32,903 bases of DNA from a virus. Within the stretch, counting starts at the first letter, position 1. Each line of letters begins with the position of its first letter. The notes below the pieces were generated by a model that saw nothing but the letters and a program-made list of their open reading frames with translations, was not told the origin of the DNA and did not search any database. The stretch lies in IMG/VR virus record IMGVR_UViG_3300019487_000071. The stretch is one strand, 5' to 3'. The translations under genes and the position numbers were made by a program. This document shows, piece after piece, positions 1 to 8,786 of the stretch.

Positions 1-1
1 C

Positions 2-976
2 TCGGATCATACCCATGCGATCAGTACAGGTGCTGCATCCTCTCAATCGCCTGACCAGGTAAACGGAATTGGTATTTCTGCCAACCTAGCTAGAGCCGAC
101 CACGTTCACAACATTCCTACGGCTACGGCTGTCAGCTTGGATGCTGCTTCTACTAATACTCAAGGTGTAGGAGTTTCGTTTGCTAGAAACGACCATACCC
201 ACGCAATCGGTACTGCGTTGGTTGGTGATATTACAACTATTCAGCCAGATGCTACTGCCTCTGCTGGTACCTCGAACAACTATGCTCGCGGTGATCATAG
301 GCACGCAATCGATGCAGCTGCTCCGTCTTCAAACTTGACGGCGACAACCACAAATGCTGAGGGTGCATCTACCAGTTTTGCTAGAGCAGATCATAGCCAT
401 GCTATTACAACTGGCGCAGCGTCAACGCAGACTCCTGACCAAGCGAATGCAACTGGTAGCTCTGCTAACGTAGCTCGTGCTGATCACGTCCACAACATAC
501 CTACTGCGGCTGCGAGCTCTATTGATACATCGTCTACGAATACGCAAGGTGCAGCAGCAACGTTTGCTCGTGCTGATCACACTCACGCAACCTCTGTCCT
601 TAGTCAGCAAGTAACAGCTACCGCTGATATCACTACTACTTCGGGCACTGACGTATTGATGACTACGATGACCATTACTCCAACAGCAGGTACATACCTA
701 GCTATGTTTAGCGGAAGCGTAGAAACTTCTTCTAACAATGCTGACGTGTTTGTTAACTTGTATGTGGGTGGTTCTATCCTAGCACATACGGAAAGACAGG
801 CAACAAACGCTAACTCTGGTTTCGGAGCGAGCGCTGCAGGAACCTGTTTCCCGATTGCAACACAATCTATCGTGACAGTGAACGGTTCTCAGGCTGTTGA
901 AGCTCGTTGGAGACGTTCTGCTGGTACAGCTACCTCTCACGAAAGAACTTTGACATTGATCAGATTGAGTAATTAA
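2..976 (+). CDS. Tail fibre-like protein with ARxDHxH repeats (5' partial)
   Basis: The frame is open from position 2 (SDHTHAIS...), upstream of the ORF-track start at 137. It has about 7 Thr/Ala/Ser-rich ~29-30 aa repeats ending ARxDH(T/V/R/S)H, followed by a beta-rich C-terminal domain. Confidence 0.7.
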   Translation, partial: SDHTHAISTGAASSQSPDQVNGIGISANLARADHVHNIPTATAVSLDAASTNTQGVGVSFARNDHTHAIGTALVGDITTIQPDATASAGTSNNYARGDHRHAIDAAAPSSNLTATTTNAEGASTSFARADHSHAITTGAASTQTPDQANATGSSANVARADHVHNIPTAAASSIDTSSTNTQGAAATFARADHTHATSVLSQQVTATADITTTSGTDVLMTTMTITPTAGTYLAMFSGSVETSSNNADVFVNLYVGGSILAHTERQATNANSGFGASAAGTCFPIATQSIVTVNGSQAVEARWRRSAGTATSHERTLTLIRLSN

Positions 977-977
977 T

Positions 978-1316
978 ATGAATTTACAGTTGATTAAAGA
1001 ATGGTGGATTAGCGTAGTCTCTAGGGCCAATCAGTTTGGTATACCGCTCCCAATGGTGCGTGATCCTAAGACTGGACGTGGAGATGTGGCCCTAACGCTT
1101 GTCGTTATGAGCTCTGCTTTGATTATGGCGGGGATTATTGGGAAGTGGTCTGGTCATCTGGGAGGGGTTGATGTGCCTCAGGCTCTTCAGTTCTTCTATG
1201 CGTCATCTGCTCTGTATTGGGCTCGGAAGCTGAAGTCTGACGGGAAAGAAGTTGAGCTTGACGGTCCTTCTCAGAAATCCGAAGAAGGCTCTCAAACTCA
1301 AGGAGAACAGAAGTAA
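978..1316 (+). CDS. Holin-like small membrane protein
   Basis: Two hydrophobic segments and a charged C-terminal tail; lies directly after the tail fibre gene. Confidence 0.45.
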   Translation: MNLQLIKEWWISVVSRANQFGIPLPMVRDPKTGRGDVALTLVVMSSALIMAGIIGKWSGHLGGVDVPQALQFFYASSALYWARKLKSDGKEVELDGPSQKSEEGSQTQGEQK

Positions 1317-1434
1317 CCTCTATCATCCTGCGGTGAGTGCTTTGTAGGGCGTTCTCTAGGGTAATCGAGGTATCTTTGCAGGATTCTAGTTCTTGCTTGA
1401 GTTCCAAAACTCTTTGTTTAATTAGATCTTCCAT
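1135..1434 (-). CDS. Hypothetical coiled-coil protein, probably leaderless, antisense-overlapping the holin-like gene
   Basis: TATAAT (1441-1446, - strand) + 6 nt + ATG at 1434; heptad-like N-terminus MEDLIKQRVLELKQELE. Confidence 0.4.
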   Translation of the reverse strand: MEDLIKQRVLELKQELESCKDTSITLENALQSTHRRMIEVTSVLLEFESLLRISEKDRQAQLLSRQTSASEPNTEQMTHRRTEEPEAHQPLPDDQTTSQ

Positions 1435-1566
1435 TGATGGATTATACCCTTCTAGAATGCCACGAGATGCATCCCGAATGCCCAAGGATTCATTCCGGTG
1501 ATGATTCTGTACCCTTCAGTGCCCCTTTGTACCAAATCGGTATCCACAATACTTCTAGGTCACTTG

Positions 1567-1577
1567 CGTGGTACGAT
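1567..1577 (+). promoter_or_regulatory. Extended -10-like promoter CGTGG-TACGAT
   Basis: Same CGTGGTAnnAT motif as at 18931-18941 and 20076-20086; lies upstream of a GGAG RBS and the ATG at 1609. Confidence 0.4.
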
Positions 1578-1608
1578 ATAGTTAGGTCACTATTTTTGGA
1601 GTGGAGTC

Positions 1609-2025
1609 ATGGCGACTAGCGATATCAAAGACGACATCAAAGAACTTAAGTCTGCCGTAGACGGCATCGAACATCAAGTTAATCAACTTGATAAGAGCTT
1701 AGCTAAGTATGCTATCACCTTAGAGCATCATCAGCAGCAAGATGAGCGCATGTACGAAGAGCTCAAAAGGATGAACGACATCTTGATGTCTAACACTGAT
1801 TCGCTAAAGCAACATATGCGCCGTACTGAGCTTCTTGAAGCCGCAGTGATGAAGATGAATGAGCGCATCTCCCCGCTTGAACTCGAAAACATTAAGAAAG
1901 CCGCAGTTCGTTCTTGGATCAAAGAGAACGCCATCTTCGCTGGCAAAGTATTAGCAGCTATCTTAGCTCTCGGCAGCGTCATCGCTGGCGGCAAGGCGCT
2001 CCTAATTAAGTTCCTCATTCATTAA
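1609..2025 (+). CDS. Coiled-coil protein with C-terminal transmembrane helix (XhlA/holin-like)
   Basis: GGAG RBS; long coiled coil followed by hydrophobic FAGKVLAAILALGSVIAGG. Confidence 0.55.
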   Translation: MATSDIKDDIKELKSAVDGIEHQVNQLDKSLAKYAITLEHHQQQDERMYEELKRMNDILMSNTDSLKQHMRRTELLEAAVMKMNERISPLELENIKKAAVRSWIKENAIFAGKVLAAILALGSVIAGGKALLIKFLIH

Positions 2026-2097
2026 CCTGATAAGATAAGTGTATAAGTTCCAGGTTCAATTTCGAACCTTGGTTCCTAATTTTCAAAGGAGAAAATT

Positions 2098-2373
2098 ATG
2101 GCTCTTAGTACTAAAGCAAAGAAACGTCTTGAAGTTGCAATGGCAAGACGTGCAGAAGCTAACGAAGTTATTGCTGCAATTGAGTCTGGCGCTAATACCC
2201 CAGCTGCTAACGTAGCTGCACTTGGCACTACTGCTAACTTGGTTGGCGTAGATGGCACCGGCAGCAACGCTGCTCCTCTAGCTGGCACTGAATCTCGCCT
2301 TGATGCTATCGAAGCAAAGGTTGACGCGATTCTCGCTGCGCTTAAGGCTGCAGGCTTGATGGCTTCGTCTTAA
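2098..2373 (+). CDS. Head fibre / capsid decoration-like protein
   Basis: Strong AAGGAG RBS; Ala-rich; C-terminus AKVDAILAALKAAGLMA resembles phage head-fibre proteins; followed by a terminator. Confidence 0.6.
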   Translation: MALSTKAKKRLEVAMARRAEANEVIAAIESGANTPAANVAALGTTANLVGVDGTGSNAAPLAGTESRLDAIEAKVDAILAALKAAGLMASS

Positions 2374-2395
2374 TAAGTTAGTTGTTATTTTGGTT

Positions 2396-2430
2396 AAGGG
2401 CTGCCTAAATTAGGTGGCCCTTTTCTTTTT
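2396..2430 (+). terminator. Rho-independent terminator
   Basis: AAGGGCTGCCTA-AAT-TAGGTGGCCCTT hairpin followed by a T-tract. Confidence 0.8.
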
Positions 2431-2443
2431 GTATAAAGTGTTT

Positions 2444-2854
2444 ATGCGAAGATGCTATAAATGCAAAGAAGAAAAAGATTTAACTCTATTTGCTAATGAT
2501 AAGAAACAACCTAGCGGTAAAGCTTATCTTTGTAAGACTTGCAAGGGTAAGAAAACAAGCCAATGGATTAAATCAAATAAGCAGTTTCAGCTTAAGTCAA
2601 AACTTTCTAAATATGGTCTTAAGGAAACTGAGTTTGAGGCTTTGATTAAAGTACAAAATAATTCGTGTGCGATCTGTAAAATTACTTTTGATGGGTCACC
2701 AAATATAGATCATTGTCACTTAACTCTTAATATAAGAGGTTTATTGTGTAGACAATGTAATGTTGGGCTGGGTAATTTTAAGGACTCACAGGAATTGTTG
2801 AAGTCTGCTCTTCTTTATTTAGAGCAGCAGAAACATAATCAATCAAGCCCTTAA
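2444..2854 (+). CDS. Endonuclease VII-family (His-Me finger) homing-type endonuclease
   Basis: N-terminal CxxC zinc motifs; C-terminal CAIC...IDHCH...RGLLCRQCNVGLG. The likely start is the ATG at 2444, not the ORF-track start inside the terminator. Confidence 0.85.
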   Translation: MRRCYKCKEEKDLTLFANDKKQPSGKAYLCKTCKGKKTSQWIKSNKQFQLKSKLSKYGLKETEFEALIKVQNNSCAICKITFDGSPNIDHCHLTLNIRGLLCRQCNVGLGNFKDSQELLKSALLYLEQQKHNQSSP

Positions 2855-3242
2855 TTTTTTCTGCCACATACGCAGGGTCGTTTAGAAGACGATTCCTCCC
2901 AGAGGGATGTGGCATTTCGTAGAAATTAGCTTCAATAAGCTCAAGCGCTTTTGTGGCAGTCTTTCCTAGAGCAACGATCGCGTCAGGCTTAATCCACCTA
3001 ATCTTTTCCTTTAAATCTTCTAAGTTAGACTTAATCTCGCCAACCTTAAGCGGCCGATTGTCCTCTGTCTTTTTGTCCAAGACATTGATGTGCATCTTCA
3101 TCCCAGGTAAGCCTTCGCACCATCCCGTGAGGATCTTGCTGCTCTTAGTGCTGCCGTGAAACGCTGCATCACAGGTACTTGCATTAGAGGGATTTGAACC
3201 TACAAATAACACTACTTTTGGTACTTTTGTTTCGGTGGCCAT
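2778..3242 (-). CDS. Uracil-DNA glycosylase superfamily protein
   Basis: VLFVGSNPS (motif A-like), IVALGKTA and MPHPSGRNR (motif B-like). Confidence 0.75.
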   Translation of the reverse strand: MATETKVPKVVLFVGSNPSNASTCDAAFHGSTKSSKILTGWCEGLPGMKMHINVLDKKTEDNRPLKVGEIKSNLEDLKEKIRWIKPDAIVALGKTATKALELIEANFYEMPHPSGRNRLLNDPAYVAEKIKGLIDYVSAALNKEEQTSTIPVSP

Positions 3243-3595
3243 TCTGGCTGCTCCATGTCTTTTGGGTGCTTGTTCTTAATAAGGCAACTTGCAACGAATA
3301 ACAGACCAGCTACTATTGCCTTCTCTTTAGCTTCCTTAAGCGACTTAAACGTCGCGTTTCCGAGCCATTTGTTTGGGTAATTGCTTGGTCTTTGGTGCCC
3401 GACCATGATATGCCAGCCGGCTGTATTAAACATTTTGGCGTGACGTGAGTACCCACCATAGACACGAACATATATGTCTTTGGTGATGTAAAGATTATGG
3501 CCTTCAGAGCGTTTAGCACCCCACCCTGCACCAAAGTCTTCGTCTTTATCCCACTTGATATGTGAGATGCTTGAAACCTTCTTCGTCTTCTTCAA
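3212..3595 (-). CDS. Hypothetical protein
   Basis: 127-aa ORF packed between neighbouring genes; start uncertain. Confidence 0.55.
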   Translation of the reverse strand: MKKTKKVSSISHIKWDKDEDFGAGWGAKRSEGHNLYITKDIYVRVYGGYSRHAKMFNTAGWHIMVGHQRPSNYPNKWLGNATFKSLKEAKEKAIVAGLLFVASCLIKNKHPKDMEQPEWPPKQKYQK

Positions 3596-3998
3596 GTGAA
3601 ACCTTGATATCTTTCATTTGCAAAATGTCATCGAAATCTTTATACAAATTTTTCGCGATTACTTTCGTGATGCCACAATTGATAAGCATCCTCATGCAGT
3701 GCTTGCAAGGAGAGTGGGTGCAGACGATTGTGCAGTTCTCCATAGAGATGCCATGGCGAGCGCAGTTGGCAATTAGGTTATCTTCGGCGTGCAAGATATA
3801 CTCATACTTTTCAGGACGAGTTGTTGGCAACTCAGCATCCTTAGCATGGCGCACGAAGCCATTGTAGCCAGTGGCCAGAATTGCTCCAGAGGTATTGTTC
3901 ACTAACAATGCACCAACTTTAGTTTGCGAGTCGTGAGAACGAGCTGCACAAACCTCAGCCATGTCCATGTAGTTTTTAGTTTTAGATGACCGACTCAT
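3546..3998 (-). CDS. dCMP deaminase (ComEB-like)
   Basis: S-D--TKVGA, TGYNG, HAE and PCxxC zinc motifs. Confidence 0.92.
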   Translation of the reverse strand: MSRSSKTKNYMDMAEVCAARSHDSQTKVGALLVNNTSGAILATGYNGFVRHAKDAELPTTRPEKYEYILHAEDNLIANCARHGISMENCTIVCTHSPCKHCMRMLINCGITKVIAKNLYKDFDDILQMKDIKVSLEEDEEGFKHLTYQVG

Positions 3999-4806
3999 AA
4001 AGCCTTGGGTTTCCTGTCATGATATGTCCACCAGCAAGGTTCATTGTGTTGATTCTTTTTGTGCTTGCGTACTTGCCAGTACCAGTTATTAGCATTGTGT
4101 AATAGTAGAACTTTTGCTTGCGTTCTTTCTTATTCTTAGGGCGCAAGTAGCGCTCAACCTGAGCTTCCGTCATTTTAACCTTACGGATGCGCTTGATGTT
4201 GTAACCGTATTCTTTAACGAAATTCCTAACATTTGCTTTTGGGTTTGAACCCCAGCCGGTATAGACCCAAACGTTTTGGCCCACTTTGAGTGTGGCCATA
4301 GCTTTGTTTGCTGCTACGTAATCATCGTTAGGGATCGAGACGACGAGCGTCTTGTTAAACTTATCGATCTCCTCGAACTCTTTTTCTTTTTCGCGAGTGT
4401 ACCTACCTGGGTCAAATGGACCTTGTTCACCCATAAGAACATGGTCTGCATAGTCAGGATCAACTTCGAATAAGCAGTCAGGACCAATCATGCCAGCAAG
4501 GGACATGTATTCGTCGCCGTCGTCTTCGCACCAAGTGCCGTCGCTATCTAATTGAACTACGATGCCGTGACCGTCTTCTGATTCGTAGACGTACTTATAT
4601 TTCACTGGAAGATCAAAGTCACCGTCTGTTTCGATTAACCATTTGCCAGATTCTTTGTCACGCTCGCGACGAATCAAGACATCTCCGACATTAAACCTTT
4701 GGTGATCGCGAACGCGAGCATACTGAACCGCATCGCAATACTTAAGTTGTTCTTCAGCTTGTGCCTCGTTAACCTTTTGTTCTTTGATTTTCTTCTTACG
4801 ACTCAT
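3982..4806 (-). CDS. Hypothetical protein, paralog family A
   Basis: RFNVGDVLIR...P-KY-Y...VDPDYADHVLM shared with two nearby ORFs. The start MSRKKK at 4806 overlaps the upstream stop. Confidence 0.75.
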   Translation of the reverse strand: MSRKKKIKEQKVNEAQAEEQLKYCDAVQYARVRDHQRFNVGDVLIRRERDKESGKWLIETDGDFDLPVKYKYVYESEDGHGIVVQLDSDGTWCEDDGDEYMSLAGMIGPDCLFEVDPDYADHVLMGEQGPFDPGRYTREKEKEFEEIDKFNKTLVVSIPNDDYVAANKAMATLKVGQNVWVYTGWGSNPKANVRNFVKEYGYNIKRIRKVKMTEAQVERYLRPKNKKERKQKFYYYTMLITGTGKYASTKRINTMNLAGGHIMTGNPRLYESVI

Positions 4807-5594
4807 AAGTTGTCCTCGAATGGAGTAGGAGGAACTGTGATCACCTTCTGATTCAGCAATCTGAACGTGTCCCATGTATCGGTGCGAGTCTTCTTTGGAT
4901 CGTATGAGTCTTGGAACTCTACAACGATTTCATAGCAGTTCGCCGTGGTCTTATCCCACTGCTGTTGCGCCCAATGTATCAACTGATTTAATGGTTTGTT
5001 GCGAATAGCTTTAACTGTATAGTTGGAACGTACGCATTGATATACGTCATACCCAACCCATAGTTGGTCTCCAGGTACAAGTTTCTTCACTATGTTCTCA
5101 ATGTCGAGAGCTGTAGTGGTAGGCTCCAACAACTTCTTGTTGTCCTTAAGAATTGACTGACGTCTTGCCCTATCTTCCTTAAAGGTGGTATTGTATTCAA
5201 ACTTAGTTTGATCACCATCAAGAAGCATGTGATCTTGAAAATCCGGATCAACAACGTAGCGAGTATAGCCGAACTCTATGTTGGCCAAGCAGATGACATC
5301 ACCCTCAGTGAAGCCTTTTCCATTAGCTTTAAGCTGCTTGATATACCCAACGCCGTACTGATTCTCAGCTACGTAAACGAACTTCTTAGGAGCCTTAGAG
5401 ACAGAGCTCACAGTCTCGGTTTCCCAGACTTCTTTATCTGTTTGGCGCCAGCTCTTCTTCTGTCGAACTAGAACGTCGCCGATTTGAAACCTTAAGTGAT
5501 CTTGGTTGCGTAGGTACCTTACGATTGCATTGTTCTCGTCTTGATACTTAATGCTATCCTTATCTTTCTGAGACAAATCGTTGTGCGCACTCAT
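4803..5594 (-). CDS. Hypothetical protein, paralog family A
   Basis: RFQIGDVLVR...PKKFVY...VDPDFQDHMLL. Confidence 0.75.
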   Translation of the reverse strand: MSAHNDLSQKDKDSIKYQDENNAIVRYLRNQDHLRFQIGDVLVRQKKSWRQTDKEVWETETVSSVSKAPKKFVYVAENQYGVGYIKQLKANGKGFTEGDVICLANIEFGYTRYVVDPDFQDHMLLDGDQTKFEYNTTFKEDRARRQSILKDNKKLLEPTTTALDIENIVKKLVPGDQLWVGYDVYQCVRSNYTVKAIRNKPLNQLIHWAQQQWDKTTANCYEIVVEFQDSYDPKKTRTDTWDTFRLLNQKVITVPPTPFEDNL

Positions 5595-5818
5595 TCTCTA
5601 CCATCCTGGCGTTCCTTCAATGGACCGCAAACTTTACAAACAAGTTTATGGGCATGAACCACACCCTCGTGGTCTTTGATTTCAACCCATTCCCACTTAT
5701 GGGGAGGACACTTTCCAAATGTTCTGAGTAGCTCGCTCTTTGCCTGGTCTGCATCGCTCTTGGCATTCATGTTAGCAGCGATAATAACTACAAGCATCAA
5801 GATAAGGAAGATTTCCAT
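5591..5818 (-). CDS. Small membrane-anchored protein with Cys/His motif
   Basis: N-terminal hydrophobic helix; CPPH...H...CKVC. Confidence 0.65.
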   Translation of the reverse strand: MEIFLILMLVVIIAANMNAKSDADQAKSELLRTFGKCPPHKWEWVEIKDHEGVVHAHKLVCKVCGPLKERQDGRE

Positions 5819-6060
5819 TATTCTTCTACACTTTCTTCCTCGTTGTAGATTTGAAGACCGTCGTCATCACTTTCTAGCTTTTCGATGACGTCGTTTTCTG
5901 GTCTAATAGTGTGTTTTGGGTCACCTTCAACTACAGTTTTGTATCTTTTGACTTTGACTTTTTGAGTCACCCAACCACGTTTAGGACACAAGAACTTCAC
6001 TTCTTGTTCATAAACTTCTTCAATACGAGGATCCAACTTCTGCTTTGTCTTTGGCTTCAT
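5818..6060 (-). CDS. Hypothetical protein
   Basis: The ATG at 6060 overlaps the upstream TGA (ATGA coupling); acidic tail. Confidence 0.6.
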   Translation of the reverse strand: MKPKTKQKLDPRIEEVYEQEVKFLCPKRGWVTQKVKVKRYKTVVEGDPKHTIRPENDVIEKLESDDDGLQIYNEEESVEE

Positions 6061-6590
6061 GGTTTCCACTCTGCGTCCATGATCTGCTTGATGCCGTTTA
6101 TGTAGCTGATAAGCGGCGCTGGAACAGATCGTTGTTGTATATACTGAAGCCACTCATTGTATGTTCCGCCAACGATTAAGGTCGTGTAGCAACTTACAGG
6201 AGTGAGAATCTGGGCGACGAAGCGATCTGCTCCATCTGCGATGTAAGCTCTTGGGTTGATGAGAAGAGCGTCAGTGGTACGCGAAATATCGTCTGCAATC
6301 TCTTCATTTAGTTGTCTATCTCTACTGCCAATCTCACCTGCATTAGGAACGTATGCCTCTAGCTCTACTGCTCTTCCTGGCAAGATTGCTAGGTTGAATT
6401 GACTTAAGTTAGTCTGGACAAAAAGTGGACATTTAAAAGCCACAGTCATATAGCCAAACTTCTTTAGTGCTGGCGTATCGTGGGCACCAAAATACTCATC
6501 CCTGACTTCATTGAGACGCACGCCGTTGCATGCGCTCGAAATCAGGGCGACGTATCCTTTGTCTAAGCACGGTATCTTATTAAGCAGCAA
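6057..6590 (-). CDS. ThyX (Thy1)-fold protein lacking the RHRxxxxxxxS motif
   Basis: Segments LDKGYVAL, FKCPLFV, GADRFVAQILTP..YT and YIQQR follow the ThyX pattern, but no RHR/Ser motif is visible. Confidence 0.55.
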   Translation of the reverse strand: MLLNKIPCLDKGYVALISSACNGVRLNEVRDEYFGAHDTPALKKFGYMTVAFKCPLFVQTNLSQFNLAILPGRAVELEAYVPNAGEIGSRDRQLNEEIADDISRTTDALLINPRAYIADGADRFVAQILTPVSCYTTLIVGGTYNEWLQYIQQRSVPAPLISYINGIKQIMDAEWKP

Positions 6591-6608
6591 ATGAACCTCT
6601 TCTATCGA

Positions 6609-7391
6609 TTATAGATTCGGATCTTTCAACTCTTTGTACGAACGTGGTCTTGCTTTGTAGACGTTTGTTCTATACAAGTCAAGAGGATAGATTGTGACTG
6701 ATTCACCTTTGTTGTTAACGCACTTTAGGATAGGAACGGTTACGTTCTTGCTGCCGAAGTTGCCTCTGCGATTGTATGGAATAGTGCCGTTAACGATGGA
6801 GAGCTTTTCTTGCACAAGGATGGAGCTTCGGGTACTAACCCAATACGATTCTCCTACGTTGATATCGTTCATGAATTGAACGATGTCTTCGAACTTATGA
6901 CAGTTTACCTTGTTGGCTTTATTGTGATCCGTGACGTCTTTAAAGGTATCGCGTTTCTGCTTGTGGATAGCGGCAGCATCATAGTCATCAACGCTATCTA
7001 GGATGACAGCGTCGGTATAGTCTGGATCAAGTTCGAAGTGCCATTCCCATTGGGAAGTGTCGTCGTCGTCAAGTTCTGGAATGCAGCACTCAAGCGAACC
7101 AATAGGTGTGCCCTTAGCTGTTATCCTCTTAGCGAAGGGAACTTTGCCCTCTACATGAAGAACTACATACTTAACCGGAACGCCGTACGAATTCTTCTGG
7201 ACTTCCTTCTGTGGATGTCCATCGTTCATGTGACGTGGCCATTCTCTTGTTTTGATTAAGTAGTCGCCAACCTTGAATTGACCAAGCTTCTCAATCTTAG
7301 AGAGGAGGGCATTATAGCCATCTGACATTTCTTTGATTCGAGCTAGCTCATGCTTGCTCGGATTGAATTCCAGTTTCTTCTTCTGATCCAA
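6609..7391 (-). CDS. Hypothetical protein, paralog family A
   Basis: QFKVGDYLIK...PVKYVV...LDPDYTDAVIL. The TTG start at 7391 is preceded by GAGGAG. Confidence 0.7.
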   Translation of the reverse strand: MDQKKKLEFNPSKHELARIKEMSDGYNALLSKIEKLGQFKVGDYLIKTREWPRHMNDGHPQKEVQKNSYGVPVKYVVLHVEGKVPFAKRITAKGTPIGSLECCIPELDDDDTSQWEWHFELDPDYTDAVILDSVDDYDAAAIHKQKRDTFKDVTDHNKANKVNCHKFEDIVQFMNDINVGESYWVSTRSSILVQEKLSIVNGTIPYNRRGNFGSKNVTVPILKCVNNKGESVTIYPLDLYRTNVYKARPRSYKELKDPNL

Positions 7392-8008
7392 GCAGTTGCT
7401 CCTCGATAGTGGCCTCGTTATGTGCGTCAATGATCTCGTCTTTTGTTATACCGGTAATCATTCTGAAAGGCAATCCGGTTGGAACTGGTCCAGTGTGCAC
7501 ACTGCCGATATATTGGCTTAACATGCCGCCATGCTGGTGTTGTGGCCACAGACCAGCAAACATAGATTGAAAGTTTCCGATGTTGTAAATCCCTTTGCGA
7601 GATTGCAGTTCGCGTTCGCGATCAGTTTGAGGAGCTTCTATAGTGTCCGCGACGTTTACGGTGCGTTGCCACATGATGTGGTTAACAACATGCTGCCTAA
7701 GCGCAGCTGGAAGTTTTCTTAAACTCCTTGATTTTAAGATGCTTTGTTTCCGCTTGGCGAGCCTCTTCAAGGAGCTTAAGTTCTTTCTCTTCTTCTGGAG
7801 TTAAAGGATTAGGAAGCGAAGTAGCGATAGCTGTACCGCTCCAACTAATCTGCTGACCTAGTCCAGACATACCTAGTGGAGCACCACAAGCAGCACTTCC
7901 ACAGTTGGTGAGACACGACCCATGGTTGATAGGTAAGTTGCCTGCACCATTGCTTCCATAGATCTGGTGTGTATGATTTAGGTGGTTCTGCCAGTTAGCG
8001 TTAGACAT
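7348..8008 (-). CDS. Hypothetical protein split over two frames (+1 frameshift near 7714)
   Basis: ORFs 7697-8008 and 7348-7770 join as ...KEFKK/LPAALRQH... if one A of AAGAAAAC is skipped, giving about 219 aa. Confidence 0.5.
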
Positions 8009-8786
8009 ATCCGAGCATCTTTCTGACCATCTCTTCGTTACGGTCGTAAATGTGAAGTGAGTGAACCGTATGAGTATAGGTTCCCTTTGTGAGCTCAGGA
8101 TAATGCTCCTTTAGCTCTGCGACCATGCGATCCATGAGAGATACAAACCATGGCAGGTCGTATGACAATCCTAACACTAAATCGTTAGAACGCATTACGA
8201 CCGATAGGTGCAACTTATTTTCTCGGATCAAGAAGTTACCGTGCATCGTGCACGTTTGATCCTTGTTACCAAACCATTGGTGGGTGGGGAGAGAGAACCT
8301 GATGATAGCTTGTCTGCTATCCTTGTCTTGGATGAGACTTTGTTTTGCCCATTCCCAAGGAGTACGCCTATAAACCTCGCTGGCTTTAGCTAAGTTCTGC
8401 GAATATTTCCCACCGTTTAAGTCATCTTCAAATGCAGGATGTCCGTGACTCTTATTTTCCCAAATCAAATAGCCATAGGCTGAGTTGACGGTACCATCTG
8501 GGTTCGCTAGCTTTTCCCAGAACTTAGAAGCCTTCGCAAAGTCTTCAACCTTGTTCGAACAAGAGTTATATAGTTCAACTTCTTTGTGTGTATAGCTCTC
8601 AATGACCTTATTGCGCTCTAAATCCTTTGTGACAATTGGCTCAGCAACTGGTTCAGTGACCTTGAAGGTATAGTCCAGCTTCTCGCGAATCGCTTGACCG
8701 CGTGGAGCTGAACGATATTCTGGATTGTTATAAACGTCTGCGAGAGAGCCGAGGTACGCCTCATGGATAGTGCGATAAGTGTTCAT
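8001..8786 (-). CDS. Thymidylate-synthase-family enzyme, probably dCMP hydroxymethylase/methylase
   Basis: RQAII, catalytic Cys in DQTCT, MRSNDLVLGLSYDLPW and SLHIY; Asp occupies the base-specificity position. Confidence 0.8.
   Translation of the reverse strand: MNTYRTIHEAYLGSLADVYNNPEYRSAPRGQAIREKLDYTFKVTEPVAEPIVTKDLERNKVIESYTHKEVELYNSCSNKVEDFAKASKFWEKLANPDGTVNSAYGYLIWENKSHGHPAFEDDLNGGKYSQNLAKASEVYRRTPWEWAKQSLIQDKDSRQAIIRFSLPTHQWFGNKDQTCTMHGNFLIRENKLHLSVVMRSNDLVLGLSYDLPWFVSLMDRMVAELKEHYPELTKGTYTHTVHSLHIYDRNEEMVRKMLGYV

Noticed and set aside
8001-8786. thyA assignment
   Set aside because: Asp instead of Asn at the specificity site points to a dCMP-modifying enzyme.
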